Program-made: the position numbers and the translations under genes
From: Desulfobacterales bacterium
Lineage (GTDB): Bacteria; Desulfobacterota; Desulfobacteria; Desulfobacterales; UBA2174
Length of the DNA: 64,000 nucleotides
NCBI GenBank assembly: GCA_963668645.2
Contig: CAXXWC010000021.1
Location: 64,001-128,000, forward strand
Reading direction: 5' to 3'
The notes under the pieces: model-generated
What the model was told of the DNA's origin: nothing
The model's database searches: none
The model's input: only the letters and a program-made list of their open reading frames with translations
Shown: piece after piece, positions 29,237 through 38,713 of the stretch
How positions within the stretch are numbered: position 1 is the stretch's first letter
Layout of the letters: every line of letters starts with the position of its first letter

Positions 29237-30659
29237 ATCCTTCGCCTTCCAAATTTCCGGGATTGAGAATATTGTTCGGATCGACGGCCTTTTTCATGGC
29301 CATGAGCATCTCATGCGCCGCGTTGCCGTACCTTCTTTTGAAGAAGGGTATTCGCGATGCGGTCTGGCCGATCTCCCCGGACGCACATCCCCACATGGTG
29401 TTGATATCGCTTTCGAGGCTTGTGGCCGCCTTGGTGATCTGGATCCGCTTTTCGGCCGGCATGCTCACAGGGGCGACCCACATTCCGTGAAGATCGCAAG
29501 TACCGATATGACCGTAGATGAAGAGCTTTGCTTCTCTGAGGACTTCATAGGCGTGTCCCGTATCGAGATAAACCAGCACATCGTCGAGATGACTCAAGGG
29601 TACGGAGGCCTCCACGGCGCCGGCCATCACCAGCTGGTCTCCGTCTTCGGAGGCTTGAAGAATATTCAAGATATTGTCTCTGGCATCCCAGAAATCCTTT
29701 CGTTTTTGTTCATCCTGAACGATGTACGCCTCTATGGCACCCGCTTCTTTAAACGTGGTGACCATTTTCCCGGCCAGTTCATCGGCCTCGCGTTGACTGT
29801 GACTGACCGTGATGGCAAGTCCCATGTGGCCTTTCGGCTTTCCCAGTCCCCGGAGTTCGAAAGGAGCCTCTGCCGCCACCTTGTCGATCATCTCTCCATA
29901 CAAGGGAGGAGGATTTTTGCCCCAATAATGCTGTTGAAATGCATGGGCGATATCGGTCAACTGCGGGAAAAAACCGACGACGTACTGTTTTTTCATTTCC
30001 GGCAGTACGCGAAGACGGAGTTTGGTAATCACGCCCAACAAACCTTCGCCGCCGACAAAATAGCGGGTCATATCCAGTCCCGCAGGACGCCGAATGCTTC
30101 GGGTTCCGGTATCGATGATTTCCCCGTTCGGCAGGACGACTTCTACGCCCATCACGTAATCGATGAGCTTGCCCACGCAGGCGTCGACCATATGGCCAAT
30201 CGTATTGATCGATGCCGCCCCGCCGATGGTGGAGGAAAATTTGCTGCCGATGCACATCGGCAACATATAGCCGCGGCTGGAAAGGAGTTTTTCCAGCTGA
30301 TACTGGTTTACCCCGGCTCCCAGCTCGTAGTACATGTCTTCTTCATGGGCTTCGATAGAGGTCATCTCATGCATGCTGAGCAGGATGCTTCCGGGTCTTT
30401 TGGGCTTGGGAGAACCTTTGAAGGCGGTACCGGCGCCGTGAACGTAAACAGGTATCTTGTTGTTATGGGCAAACCTGACGACATCCGATACCGCCTTGGA
30501 TGTCTGCGGCTTGACCACGGCGACGGGGATATTGGCCGGATCTAGGTCGGGCTGGGCCGAATCCTGCCCGAAACTGATACGCTCAAATATATCTCCCGAC
30601 ACATTCTCCTTTCCGATCATGTCTTTGAGCTCTTTCAGGATCGATTTTTCAGCTATCAT
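29229..30659 (-). CDS. FAD-binding 2-hydroxyacid dehydrogenase, GlcD/Dld-like
   Basis: GAGT, STIGG, EVVLPNG, GGEGLLGVIT, GHIG, DPNNILNPG. Confidence 0.85.
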   Translation of the reverse strand: MIAEKSILKELKDMIGKENVSGDIFERISFGQDSAQPDLDPANIPVAVVKPQTSKAVSDVVRFAHNNKIPVYVHGAGTAFKGSPKPKRPGSILLSMHEMTSIEAHEEDMYYELGAGVNQYQLEKLLSSRGYMLPMCIGSKFSSTIGGAASINTIGHMVDACVGKLIDYVMGVEVVLPNGEIIDTGTRSIRRPAGLDMTRYFVGGEGLLGVITKLRLRVLPEMKKQYVVGFFPQLTDIAHAFQQHYWGKNPPPLYGEMIDKVAAEAPFELRGLGKPKGHMGLAITVSHSQREADELAGKMVTTFKEAGAIEAYIVQDEQKRKDFWDARDNILNILQASEDGDQLVMAGAVEASVPLSHLDDVLVYLDTGHAYEVLREAKLFIYGHIGTCDLHGMWVAPVSMPAEKRIQITKAATSLESDINTMWGCASGEIGQTASRIPFFKRRYGNAAHEMLMAMKKAVDPNNILNPGNLEGEGYE

Positions 30660-30790
30660 TGCCGTGCCTTTCTGCGCTGTGCCTTTCTCTGAAGTTTTCT
30701 ATGGTAACGGCCCTTGCCAGGGCCGAATGCGATCACTTTTTTTCGGAGATGAAACCTGGAAACAGCCTGTTCATTTCTTGTCGGCTGGAT

Positions 30791-30826
30791 ATTGTCGACA
30801 CTATACAGACGACAAATCAATGTCAA
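30791..30826 (-). promoter_or_regulatory. Sigma-70 promoter with overlapping candidate GntR operators
   Basis: Minus strand TTGACA-N17-TAGTGT; palindrome TGTCGACA (30793-30800) and CAGACGACAA (30806-30815). Confidence 0.55.
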
Positions 30827-31272
30827 GGAAAAAATTTCAATAAGCGGCTGCGATCAGACGATGGGGCTTTAGACGTCATGCGGCAAGGGCCCGGCCATTG
30901 GATAGTCGCTTGATATGATAATAAATAATTTTTGTGACACATGCCCCGGCAACAGGAAGCGCTGTCCGAGAGTGGCTGCTGTCTGAGCCGCTTGCGGCGA
31001 GTCAGCCGGACCCGGCCGGTGCCCTCTACCGATGAAGTCTCGCAACAAAAGTAGAAAGTCGCTTTAAGTTAAGCGGATGGAAAAGAAGGCAGGAAGGAGT
31101 TGGCGCGCGTTTTTAGGAGAATTTTTGGACAGGCGCAGGCTGTTCGCCGCCGTCACGATTCTTCAACCGTTGCAGCGCAGCCCTCCGCTTGCGGGCGCTA
31201 TGCAGTCAGAAAGGCTCCCGGACGCCGGGAGCCGCCTGACACTGGATTCGAGGCTTTTTGACCGTCAAAAGT

Positions 31273-31935
31273 CTATGTATTGAGCTGCGACAGTTGTTCT
31301 TCGAGAATGGGGGGCCATGATTTGATGTGCTTTTGAATGCATTGCCTGGCGTCTTTATACTTGCCGGCCTGAATCATGCTGTAGATTTCCCGGTGCTCTT
31401 TTTGCGAATTTTCCATCAACCCTTCGATAAAGACGTACATGGCCTGGTACCGGGCCAGATTGGGAAACAGACAATCGTAATAGTAAGTAAGCTTGGAGTT
31501 GCCCGTGGCACCGACAAGATTTATGTGAAAATTGGCAATCGCTTTCAGATATCGAAATTTTTCCTCCGGCTCCGCATCGACAGGAAAAATGATGCCGGAA
31601 CTGGCATCCATGGCTTTTTCAACCCCCGGAATCTTCCGCATCTTTTTTCGCTCCAGGAGCCCCACGGCAAAAACTTCCAACATTTCCCGCGCTTCAAAGA
31701 TTTCGATGCAATCTTCCATCGAGATTCGGGTGACGTAGCTTCCCTTGCGCGGGACGATCTCCACGAGCTGTTCGCCGCTCAGTACCCTGAATGCCTCCCG
31801 CAAAGGAGACCGGCTGATTCCCAGCTTCGAGGAAAGTTCGATCTCGTTAAGCTTTTGCCCGGGCTTGAGCTTCTGGTCGATGATCAGGGACCGTAAATAT
31901 TCTGACAGGCTTTCCGTAATACCGGTAAAATGCAT
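31273..31935 (-). CDS. GntR/FCD family transcriptional regulator
   Basis: LKPGQKLNEIELSSKLGISRSPLREA wHTH; FH and EH residues of the FCD domain. Confidence 0.92.
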   Translation of the reverse strand: MHFTGITESLSEYLRSLIIDQKLKPGQKLNEIELSSKLGISRSPLREAFRVLSGEQLVEIVPRKGSYVTRISMEDCIEIFEAREMLEVFAVGLLERKKMRKIPGVEKAMDASSGIIFPVDAEPEEKFRYLKAIANFHINLVGATGNSKLTYYYDCLFPNLARYQAMYVFIEGLMENSQKEHREIYSMIQAGKYKDARQCIQKHIKSWPPILEEQLSQLNT

Positions 31936-32101
31936 TATTTACCTTCCATTCATAAATTGTCTCCTGCATACGATATTCAGTCGACAAACATTATCCAATC
32001 CCGGCAATCCCGTCAACCCATCACTCAAAGAACATGCCATCCGGTCCAATTCATCGGGCCATCCCTGTAGACGCTCCCAAGAAGGCACGGCGCAGCCGCG
32101 C

Positions 32102-32740
32102 TCACACCATCTGCACCCGGGGCCGCTCGCCGGGCGTAATTTCGACCAGGGCACCGCCGCCGCCCTTTCCCAGGCTGCAATTGACCACCACCGTCCGCTC
32201 CAAGACCACCACGCCGGCCTGCTCGTGAATATGGCCGCAGAGCACCAACTGAGGGGCTGCACTGTCGATGAGCCGGCGCAGGGCACGGCAGCCGGCATGA
32301 AAACGGCCCAGCACCACATCTAGAATCCCGTAAGGCGGTGGATGGGCCACCAGCACCGTATCGGCGTTTGCCAGTTCTGCCAGCCGCTGCGCCACGGCAC
32401 TGTCGTGCCAGGACATGCGCGAGGCCAAAGGCAGCGGAACCGTCCCGCTGGCTCCCACAAAGGGCACCCCGTCCATCTCGACCCGCTTGAGATGCAGCCC
32501 GTTGATGTTCGGATAGATGTCGAACAGCTCCTCGATGCGCGCCGGATCCGTATTGCCGCGCACCGCCAGAATCGGTACGGGCAGTTCGTCGAAAAGGTCC
32601 AAGATTCTCTCGGGCCTGCGAAACTGGCAAAGATCTCCCGCGATCACCAGAACATCCGGCAAGGCACGGGCCACGGTGTCGCGGATGCGGCGCAGCCGCT
32701 CTTCACGGGCATGAATGTCTGCAACGGCATAGATGCGCAT
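32102..32740 (-). CDS. Metallophosphoesterase (calcineurin-like)
   Basis: ADIH, AGD, GNTD, HPPP, GHIHE. Confidence 0.88.
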   Translation of the reverse strand: MRIYAVADIHAREERLRRIRDTVARALPDVLVIAGDLCQFRRPERILDLFDELPVPILAVRGNTDPARIEELFDIYPNINGLHLKRVEMDGVPFVGASGTVPLPLASRMSWHDSAVAQRLAELANADTVLVAHPPPYGILDVVLGRFHAGCRALRRLIDSAAPQLVLCGHIHEQAGVVVLERTVVVNCSLGKGGGGALVEITPGERPRVQMV

Positions 32741-33009
32741 GGGAAGGCTCCTTTAGACGGGCAAATTTTTTGGCAGACGTTTGGAGAAGCGATTGTACTA
32801 TGGTTGCCGCGGCAATGCCATAACAGCCTTTGGCCAGACTGCTCGCTCTCAAGCGCCATACGCCGTTGCGGCCGCTTCCAGAGTGCCGGGCACCTCGATT
32901 TTCTACAGTCGACAATCCAAAGAGACTGCCGTCTTGGCGCGAATTGTGGTAAGACCTGTCCACTTTGCAGCGCATCTATCCTTCCACCCCTCAGACCCGA
33001 GAGACAACC

Positions 33010-33786
33010 ATGATCGAAGCGAAAATCAAGGATCTGGCTTTTACGGCCAACCGCTGGCCTCCGTCGGCCGATCGGCCGACGGTGCTTTTTATCCACGGCA
33101 GCGGCGGGTCCAACGGACTGTGGCAAAACCAGGTCCAAGGCCTGGGTGCGGCCGTCAATGCCGTGGCGGTGGATCTGCCCGGCCACGGGGCCAGCGGCGG
33201 CGAGGGCTGCGAACGGGTCGAAGACTATGCCCTGGAAGTGGCAGCCTTTATCGAGGCGGCCGCCCTGCCACGGCCGGTCCCCTGCGGTCTTTCCATCGGC
33301 GGGGCGATTGTTTTGCAGCTGTTGCTCGATTATCCTGAAGTCTTTCCGGCCGGCATCCTCTGCTGCACCGGGGCGAGGCTGCGGGTAGCACCGGCTATTT
33401 TGGAAACCATCGCCAGCAACTATGCCGGGTTCGTGGATATGCTGGGTCTGATGGGATCTGCGGCCGACACCGACCCGGCCTGCCTGCAACCGGCCGTGGA
33501 GGCGGCCCGGTGTTGCCGGCCCGAGGTGACCCTCAACGACTTCAAGGCCTGCAACCGTTTCGACGTCATGGGACGACTCGGCGAAATCTTCCGGCCGGTG
33601 CTGATCGTTTCCGGGGCCGAGGATCAACTGACGCCGCCCAAATACGCCGATTACCTCGAACAGCATATCTTCGAGGCCGAACGGGTCCATCTGGCCGCAG
33701 CCGGTCACCTTTTGCCCTTGGAGCAGCCCGAGGCCCTCAACGATGCCATAAACCGATTCATGAAAGGATTGACTTTCGGCGGATAG
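33010..33786 (+). CDS. Alpha/beta hydrolase
   Basis: FIHGSGG, DLPGHG, GLSIGG nucleophile elbow, GAED, AGH. Confidence 0.9.
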   Translation: MIEAKIKDLAFTANRWPPSADRPTVLFIHGSGGSNGLWQNQVQGLGAAVNAVAVDLPGHGASGGEGCERVEDYALEVAAFIEAAALPRPVPCGLSIGGAIVLQLLLDYPEVFPAGILCCTGARLRVAPAILETIASNYAGFVDMLGLMGSAADTDPACLQPAVEAARCCRPEVTLNDFKACNRFDVMGRLGEIFRPVLIVSGAEDQLTPPKYADYLEQHIFEAERVHLAAAGHLLPLEQPEALNDAINRFMKGLTFGG

Positions 33787-34012
33787 GCCCGCATCGGCCG
33801 GGGCTTTGTTGTTTAAAGGATTCCTGGCAGGGTGCGCGGCGACAGGCACAAATCGCCAAAGGGCCACCGGCCGGCAGCATATCCAATTGCCTGCACCGGC
33901 CAATTCCGTTAACATATCATCCTGTGGGCAATCCCCCGATCCTGCGGTTATGCCGCTTTACGGGCATTTCAGCACCAGTGGGATCAAGAGCGCTTTTTCA
34001 AGGAGGATGCAG

Positions 34013-34774
34013 ATGGGTGCACTGAGCTTCAATCTTGACGGCAGGGTTTTTCTGGTTACCGGCGGCAGCCGGGGCATCGGCTTGGAGGTGGCCCGCCGCC
34101 TGCTGGCGGAAAATGCCAAGGTGGCCATCTGCGGGCGCAAGACGGCCAATCTGGAGACTGCCGCGGCAGAACTGAACGGTGGTGACCGTTTTCTGGCCAT
34201 GCCGGCCCACATCGCCCAGGAACAAGACGCGGATCGACTCTTTGACGCGGTGCTGGATCGCTTCGGCCGCCTGGACGGACTGATCAACAACGTCGGGATG
34301 AACATCGCCACCGGAACCCTGGATGCCGACGTGGGCCTTTGGCGCAAGATTGTGGATACCAACCTCACCGGAACCTATATCTGCGCCCGCAAGGCCGGAC
34401 AGATCATGCGCGCTCAAAAAGGTGGCAAAATCGTTTCCATCTCCTCGGTGGCCGCCCGGCGGGCGGCCCCATTCATGGGTATTTACGGGGTGGCCAAGGC
34501 CGGCATCGAGATGCTCACCAAGGTTCTGGCCCAGGAATTGGCCCCTTTCAACGTCCAAGTCAACGCCGTGGCCCCCGGGATGGTGCGCACCGCTTTCAGT
34601 CAGCCTTTCTGGTCCAACACCGAGATTCACACCCAGATCGTCGAGCGCATCCCCCTGAAACGGATCGCCGAGCCTGCCGACGTGGCCCATGCCGCCCTGT
34701 TTCTCAGCTCCGCGGCGGCCGATTACATCACCGGTCAGACCCTGGTGGTGGATGGTGGTGCCAGCGCGGTATGA
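34013..34774 (+). CDS. Short-chain dehydrogenase/reductase
   Basis: TGGSRGIG, INNVG, YGVAK, VNAVAPG, ITGQTLVVDGG. Confidence 0.92.
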   Translation: MGALSFNLDGRVFLVTGGSRGIGLEVARRLLAENAKVAICGRKTANLETAAAELNGGDRFLAMPAHIAQEQDADRLFDAVLDRFGRLDGLINNVGMNIATGTLDADVGLWRKIVDTNLTGTYICARKAGQIMRAQKGGKIVSISSVAARRAAPFMGIYGVAKAGIEMLTKVLAQELAPFNVQVNAVAPGMVRTAFSQPFWSNTEIHTQIVERIPLKRIAEPADVAHAALFLSSAAADYITGQTLVVDGGASAV

Positions 34775-34801
34775 AGGCTGCGGTCAGGAAGCGGAGGCGG
34801 C

Positions 34802-35962
34802 ATGCCGTTTGAAGACCTCACCGATTTTTTAAAGCTCTCCTCGGCGCTGAACTACAATCTTTCGGCGGCCTCGGTCAATCGCTACAACGTGCTGTTGTTC
34901 ATCATGGGCGGCAAACGCCTGGCAGATGAGGAAGGGCGCGACCGGGAGCAGAAGGCCGTGCTCATGGAGGCCTTGTCCTATCTGTTCGAGGCCTATCGCA
35001 ACAAGCGGCGGCGCCTGGGGCCCATGGCGGTCCTGCACCCCTTGCGCACTGCGGCCATCATGGCCCGCTCGGTGGAAAAGTTTGACGCCATCGACCTGCT
35101 GTCAGTCTTGTTTCACGACGTTCTCGAAGACATCGAAACCGTTGATTTCACTCCCGTGGCCTGGCAGGAGCTCGAAGGGCGCATGTACGACCTTTTCGAG
35201 CGCCTGGAGCCGGAGGATGAATGGCGGCTCAATGAACGGCTCCAGGCGTTGACCCGTTTTGCATCGGAGTCGTATTACCAGTATATCGGCCGCCTGCTCG
35301 AACGGGCCGAGGCGATCCCCCGGCTGGTGCCGATCAAGATGGCCGACCGGCTGGACAATACCCTGGATCTGCGTATCGAGCTGAGCGACCCGATGGAGGG
35401 GATCAACTTCTTCGAAGGGCTGTTCAACATCCTTTTCGTCGGGGCCCCGGCCGGCGGCGAGATGATGGCCGCCACTCGCTCCACCGCCTCGATCAACGAT
35501 TCGCGCCGCCTCTACCAGCTTTTCAAGAACTCCGTCCTGCTGTCGATGATGCGCCAAAGAAAACAGGGCGGCGAGCAGGACGGCGAAAGGATCATCTTCG
35601 ATGCCATCTGTGCGGCGAGCCTCAAGGAGGCCCAGCGCACCCTGATCCACGTGGCCAGCCACCTCAAGGGTGACCGCGACCGGTTGCGCCGTCTGGTGCT
35701 GGACGCCATGTTCTACTGCCACGAGGGGCGCATCAGCATGGCCACCTTGCCGGACCGGCGCCATACGCTCGACGGCCTTTTTGCCACCTACTTCGCCGCC
35801 GACGAACGCAGTGTGCGCGCCCAGCGCCTTGATGAGCTGTTCGGCAACAAGCCGCTCATGATCCAGGCCTCCATCGCCTTTATGGTGATTTTCACTTCCT
35901 TCCGCGCCAATCCGGACTTTTTCGTGCGCGGCATCTCCACGGCGGGCGTCCGTCCCGAATAG
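34802..35962 (+). CDS. HD-domain protein resembling the RelA/SpoT hydrolase domain, with an unknown C-terminal half
   Basis: HPLRTA, LFHDVLED, IKMADRLDN. Confidence 0.7.
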   Translation: MPFEDLTDFLKLSSALNYNLSAASVNRYNVLLFIMGGKRLADEEGRDREQKAVLMEALSYLFEAYRNKRRRLGPMAVLHPLRTAAIMARSVEKFDAIDLLSVLFHDVLEDIETVDFTPVAWQELEGRMYDLFERLEPEDEWRLNERLQALTRFASESYYQYIGRLLERAEAIPRLVPIKMADRLDNTLDLRIELSDPMEGINFFEGLFNILFVGAPAGGEMMAATRSTASINDSRRLYQLFKNSVLLSMMRQRKQGGEQDGERIIFDAICAASLKEAQRTLIHVASHLKGDRDRLRRLVLDAMFYCHEGRISMATLPDRRHTLDGLFATYFAADERSVRAQRLDELFGNKPLMIQASIAFMVIFTSFRANPDFFVRGISTAGVRPE

Positions 35963-35967
35963 GTAAA

Positions 35968-36549
35968 ATGACATCCATCGAAGCGTTAAAAGGTAAAAAA
36001 GTACACTCGCGCCGCATTACCATCGAAAGCTGGACCGCGCCACAGGGGATTGTGATCGAAGGAAGGCTGCACGACAAACGTCTGGCGGAGACTTTTACCA
36101 TAAGCGGCACTCGACGTCCGCCTGGCACGGTGCATGATTTGACCGTGAGGCTGCACATTACCGGCCCGCCCCTGGTGGTGGCCGCCGTCGAGGCTGAAAT
36201 GCCCGGAGTGCCCTACAGTCAATGCCGTGAGATCCTGGCCAAGATGCAAAAAGTGGTGGGGCTGCCGATCGTGGCCGGATTCACCGCAAGAGCCAAGCGG
36301 CTTCTGGGCGGGGTGCGCGGCTGCGCCCACCTGACCACCCTGCTTTTGGCCATGGGACCTGCAGCGGTGCAGGGGTTCTGGGCCGTGCGGGCCTCACAGC
36401 CGGTATCGGTGGTGTCTGAAACAACCACTGCCATGGCCCAGTATTTGATCGACACCTGCCATGTCTGGCGGCGCGACGGGCCCCGGGTTCAAGATATGCT
36501 GGCGCCGGCGGCCGCCGAGAAAATAGCTTCCAAGTCCAAAGGAGCGTAG
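35968..36549 (+). CDS. DUF2889-like protein
   Basis: VHSRRI, EGRLHD, VHD, GGVRGCAHL, IDTCHVW. Confidence 0.75.
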   Translation: MTSIEALKGKKVHSRRITIESWTAPQGIVIEGRLHDKRLAETFTISGTRRPPGTVHDLTVRLHITGPPLVVAAVEAEMPGVPYSQCREILAKMQKVVGLPIVAGFTARAKRLLGGVRGCAHLTTLLLAMGPAAVQGFWAVRASQPVSVVSETTTAMAQYLIDTCHVWRRDGPRVQDMLAPAAAEKIASKSKGA

Positions 36550-36591
36550 ATCTGCCTGTGGACAATTGAAACGGGCCGGATCGGAAATCCC

Positions 36592-37542
36592 TTATACATC
36601 ACCCATAGTCGGCTCGCCTTTACACAGATAGTAGATCAGACCGTGGACGCGGCGGCTTTCCACCTCGCCTGCCACCGCCAGCTCCTCCAGGTACTTGGCC
36701 ACCTCGTTGAGGTGCATCTGCAGTCCGTCGGCGATATCCCCGGCCGTGCAGGGGCGCCGGCGCAGCAGATCGGCCACCTCCCGGCGGCCGGCGGCGAACT
36801 CCGGCTGCCGATGGATCCCATGGAAGTCGGATATCACCTCGGCGCAGGGCGTGAACAGCCCGGCCAGTTCGGCCATGCGCTGGGCGGGCAGCCCGGCGGC
36901 ATAGTCTTCGGCCGGCGGCCGGCAGACCGTGTTGAGCTGAACCCGTTCCGGTTCGATGCGCCGCACCTGTTCGACCAGTGACGCGATCTGCCCCGGCAGG
37001 CCTGTAAAACCGTTGAGCAGGAAAACCTCCAGCCAAAAATGCCCGCGAAATTCTTCGCGCATGCGCACCAGCCCATCGACCACGGCCGCGAAATCGATGG
37101 ACCGATGGGGCCGGTTGACCGTTTCGAAAATCGCCGTATCCCCTGCATCCAAGGACGGTACCAGCAGGTCGGCTGCGGCCAGTTCGCGGCGCACTTCAGG
37201 CTGCCAGAGCAGCGAGCCGTTGGTCAGCACGGCCACGGGAATATCGGTGATCTGCTTGATGCGGGTGATCAGCTCCCCGAGTCGGGCATAGAGGGTCGGC
37301 TCCCCGGAACCGCTCAAGGTAATGTAATCCGGCCGGCGCTCCAGGGCCCCGCGCAGATCCGATATCACCCGGTCCAGGGGGACATATTCGCGCCTGGACA
37401 CGGTCAGCTCGCTGGTGCGGCCCAACTGGCAATAGATGCAGTCGAAACTGCACGTCTTCATCGGCACCAGATCGACGCCCAGGCTGCGTCCGAGGCGCCG
37501 GGACGGCACCGGTCCGAAAACGAAGCGGGACGCCGCGCTCAT
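36592..37542 (-). CDS. Radical SAM protein
   Basis: FGPVPSRRLGRSLG, CSFDCIYC, SGSGEPTL. Confidence 0.9.
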   Translation of the reverse strand: MSAASRFVFGPVPSRRLGRSLGVDLVPMKTCSFDCIYCQLGRTSELTVSRREYVPLDRVISDLRGALERRPDYITLSGSGEPTLYARLGELITRIKQITDIPVAVLTNGSLLWQPEVRRELAAADLLVPSLDAGDTAIFETVNRPHRSIDFAAVVDGLVRMREEFRGHFWLEVFLLNGFTGLPGQIASLVEQVRRIEPERVQLNTVCRPPAEDYAAGLPAQRMAELAGLFTPCAEVISDFHGIHRQPEFAAGRREVADLLRRRPCTAGDIADGLQMHLNEVAKYLEELAVAGEVESRRVHGLIYYLCKGEPTMGDV

Positions 37543-37762
37543 AGCAACCTTCCACAACCGGGCTGGCCGCGGCGCCGGGTGCGCCCGCACCGGGTTTGGC
37601 CGGCAAGCTCAAGCCGGGCCGTGGTATTGGGCTGGAACCATTCGATGGTCCGGCCGAAAATATGACAATGGCAATTATGAATCGACATGGACTGCGCGTT
37701 TCCTTTCCGTTGTGACAAAGCCGCGGGCCCCTGAAACAGATCAGGGGCCCGGCCGGCTGCGA

Positions 37763-38110
37763 TCATTCCTCTGGTCGTTCTGGGGGCTGCATGGCCGCCA
37801 GGCGCTGTTGGACATCTTCGAGCTGGCGACGCAACGCGTCGGCCTCTTGCCTCAAAATGCGTGCTTCGGCTTCCGCATCCGGGGTTGGATAACCGGAAGG
37901 GACTGCCCATCCGGCAAAACGGCCAGAATCGTCCCGCAACCGGCGCTGACCCAATCCTCTACCGCAGGCGAAACGGCCGCCGCCGAAACCGAAGCGGTAT
38001 CCGCGCCAGCCGCGGCCGTAGCCGGGGCCGGCATAGCCGCTGCAAAAACCCATTCCCCCACCGGTGCGGGGGCCCTGGCCCATAGGGCCGCGTCTGTCTC
38101 CACCGGGCAT
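37763..38110 (-). CDS. DUF5320-like Gly/Arg-rich protein
   Basis: MPGGDRRGPMGQGPRTGGGMGFC; C-terminal coiled coil. Confidence 0.8.
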   Translation of the reverse strand: MPGGDRRGPMGQGPRTGGGMGFCSGYAGPGYGRGWRGYRFGFGGGRFACGRGLGQRRLRDDSGRFAGWAVPSGYPTPDAEAEARILRQEADALRRQLEDVQQRLAAMQPPERPEE

Positions 38111-38148
38111 GATACACCTCCTTGATGTGTGCAAGTTGCATGATCCGC

Positions 38149-38511
38149 TTAACGCCGGCCGCGCCGGCGACGCTGGCACCGGCACCCGGGCATGAATAGA
38201 TCCTCATGCGGATATCCATGGTTCAGATAACTGTCCAGCACGCTTTGCACCGGTCCGCAAAAAAAAGCCAGCACCCGGATGCCGGCCGCCGCCAAAGCGG
38301 CTTCCAGGTTACCGGAGATCGCACCGCAGATCAGCACGTCAACACCCAAATCCGAAATCCGGCGGACCCGTCGAAATCCCTGGCATCCGCTCAGATCGAC
38401 TTGCCGGCGCCCGATTTCGCGCCCTTCGAGCACCTCGATTATCCAGAGCCGCCCGCAGACGTCTAAAACCGGCGCCACCCTTCCCTGCCAATCCGGTATG
38501 GCGATCTTCAT
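38149..38511 (-). CDS. NifB/NifX (dinitrogenase FeMo-co binding) family protein
   Basis: MKIAIP, RVAPVLD, VDVLICGAIS, MPGC. Confidence 0.8.
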   Translation of the reverse strand: MKIAIPDWQGRVAPVLDVCGRLWIIEVLEGREIGRRQVDLSGCQGFRRVRRISDLGVDVLICGAISGNLEAALAAAGIRVLAFFCGPVQSVLDSYLNHGYPHEDLFMPGCRCQRRRRGRR

Positions 38512-38524
38512 ACCCATGGCATGA

Positions 38525-38540
38525 TGCAACCAAGATGCCG
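38525..38540 (-). promoter_or_regulatory. Sigma-54 -24/-12 promoter
   Basis: Minus strand CGGCAT-CTTGG-TTGCA; palindrome ATGCAAATTGCAT at 38642-38654 as a candidate enhancer. Confidence 0.6.
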
Positions 38541-38713
38541 ATGCGTTTCCAAACAGGCCCCAAATCGCCTAACCATTTAAAAATACGACAATGCGGCAGG
38601 TTGATCGGGGTATGGAAGATTGTAGGCGGCCTCTTCATTCTATGCAAATTGCATTGTCTTCCGGCAGGGCAACCATGCAAATCACCTTTTTACAAGGTTC
38701 CGATTCGGATCCC

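Noticed and set aside
30940..31270. Possible ncRNA or REP-like element between glcD-like gene and gntR
   Set aside because: Only short GC stems (e.g. GCCGC-tt-GCGGC); no second copy in the window and no recognisable family
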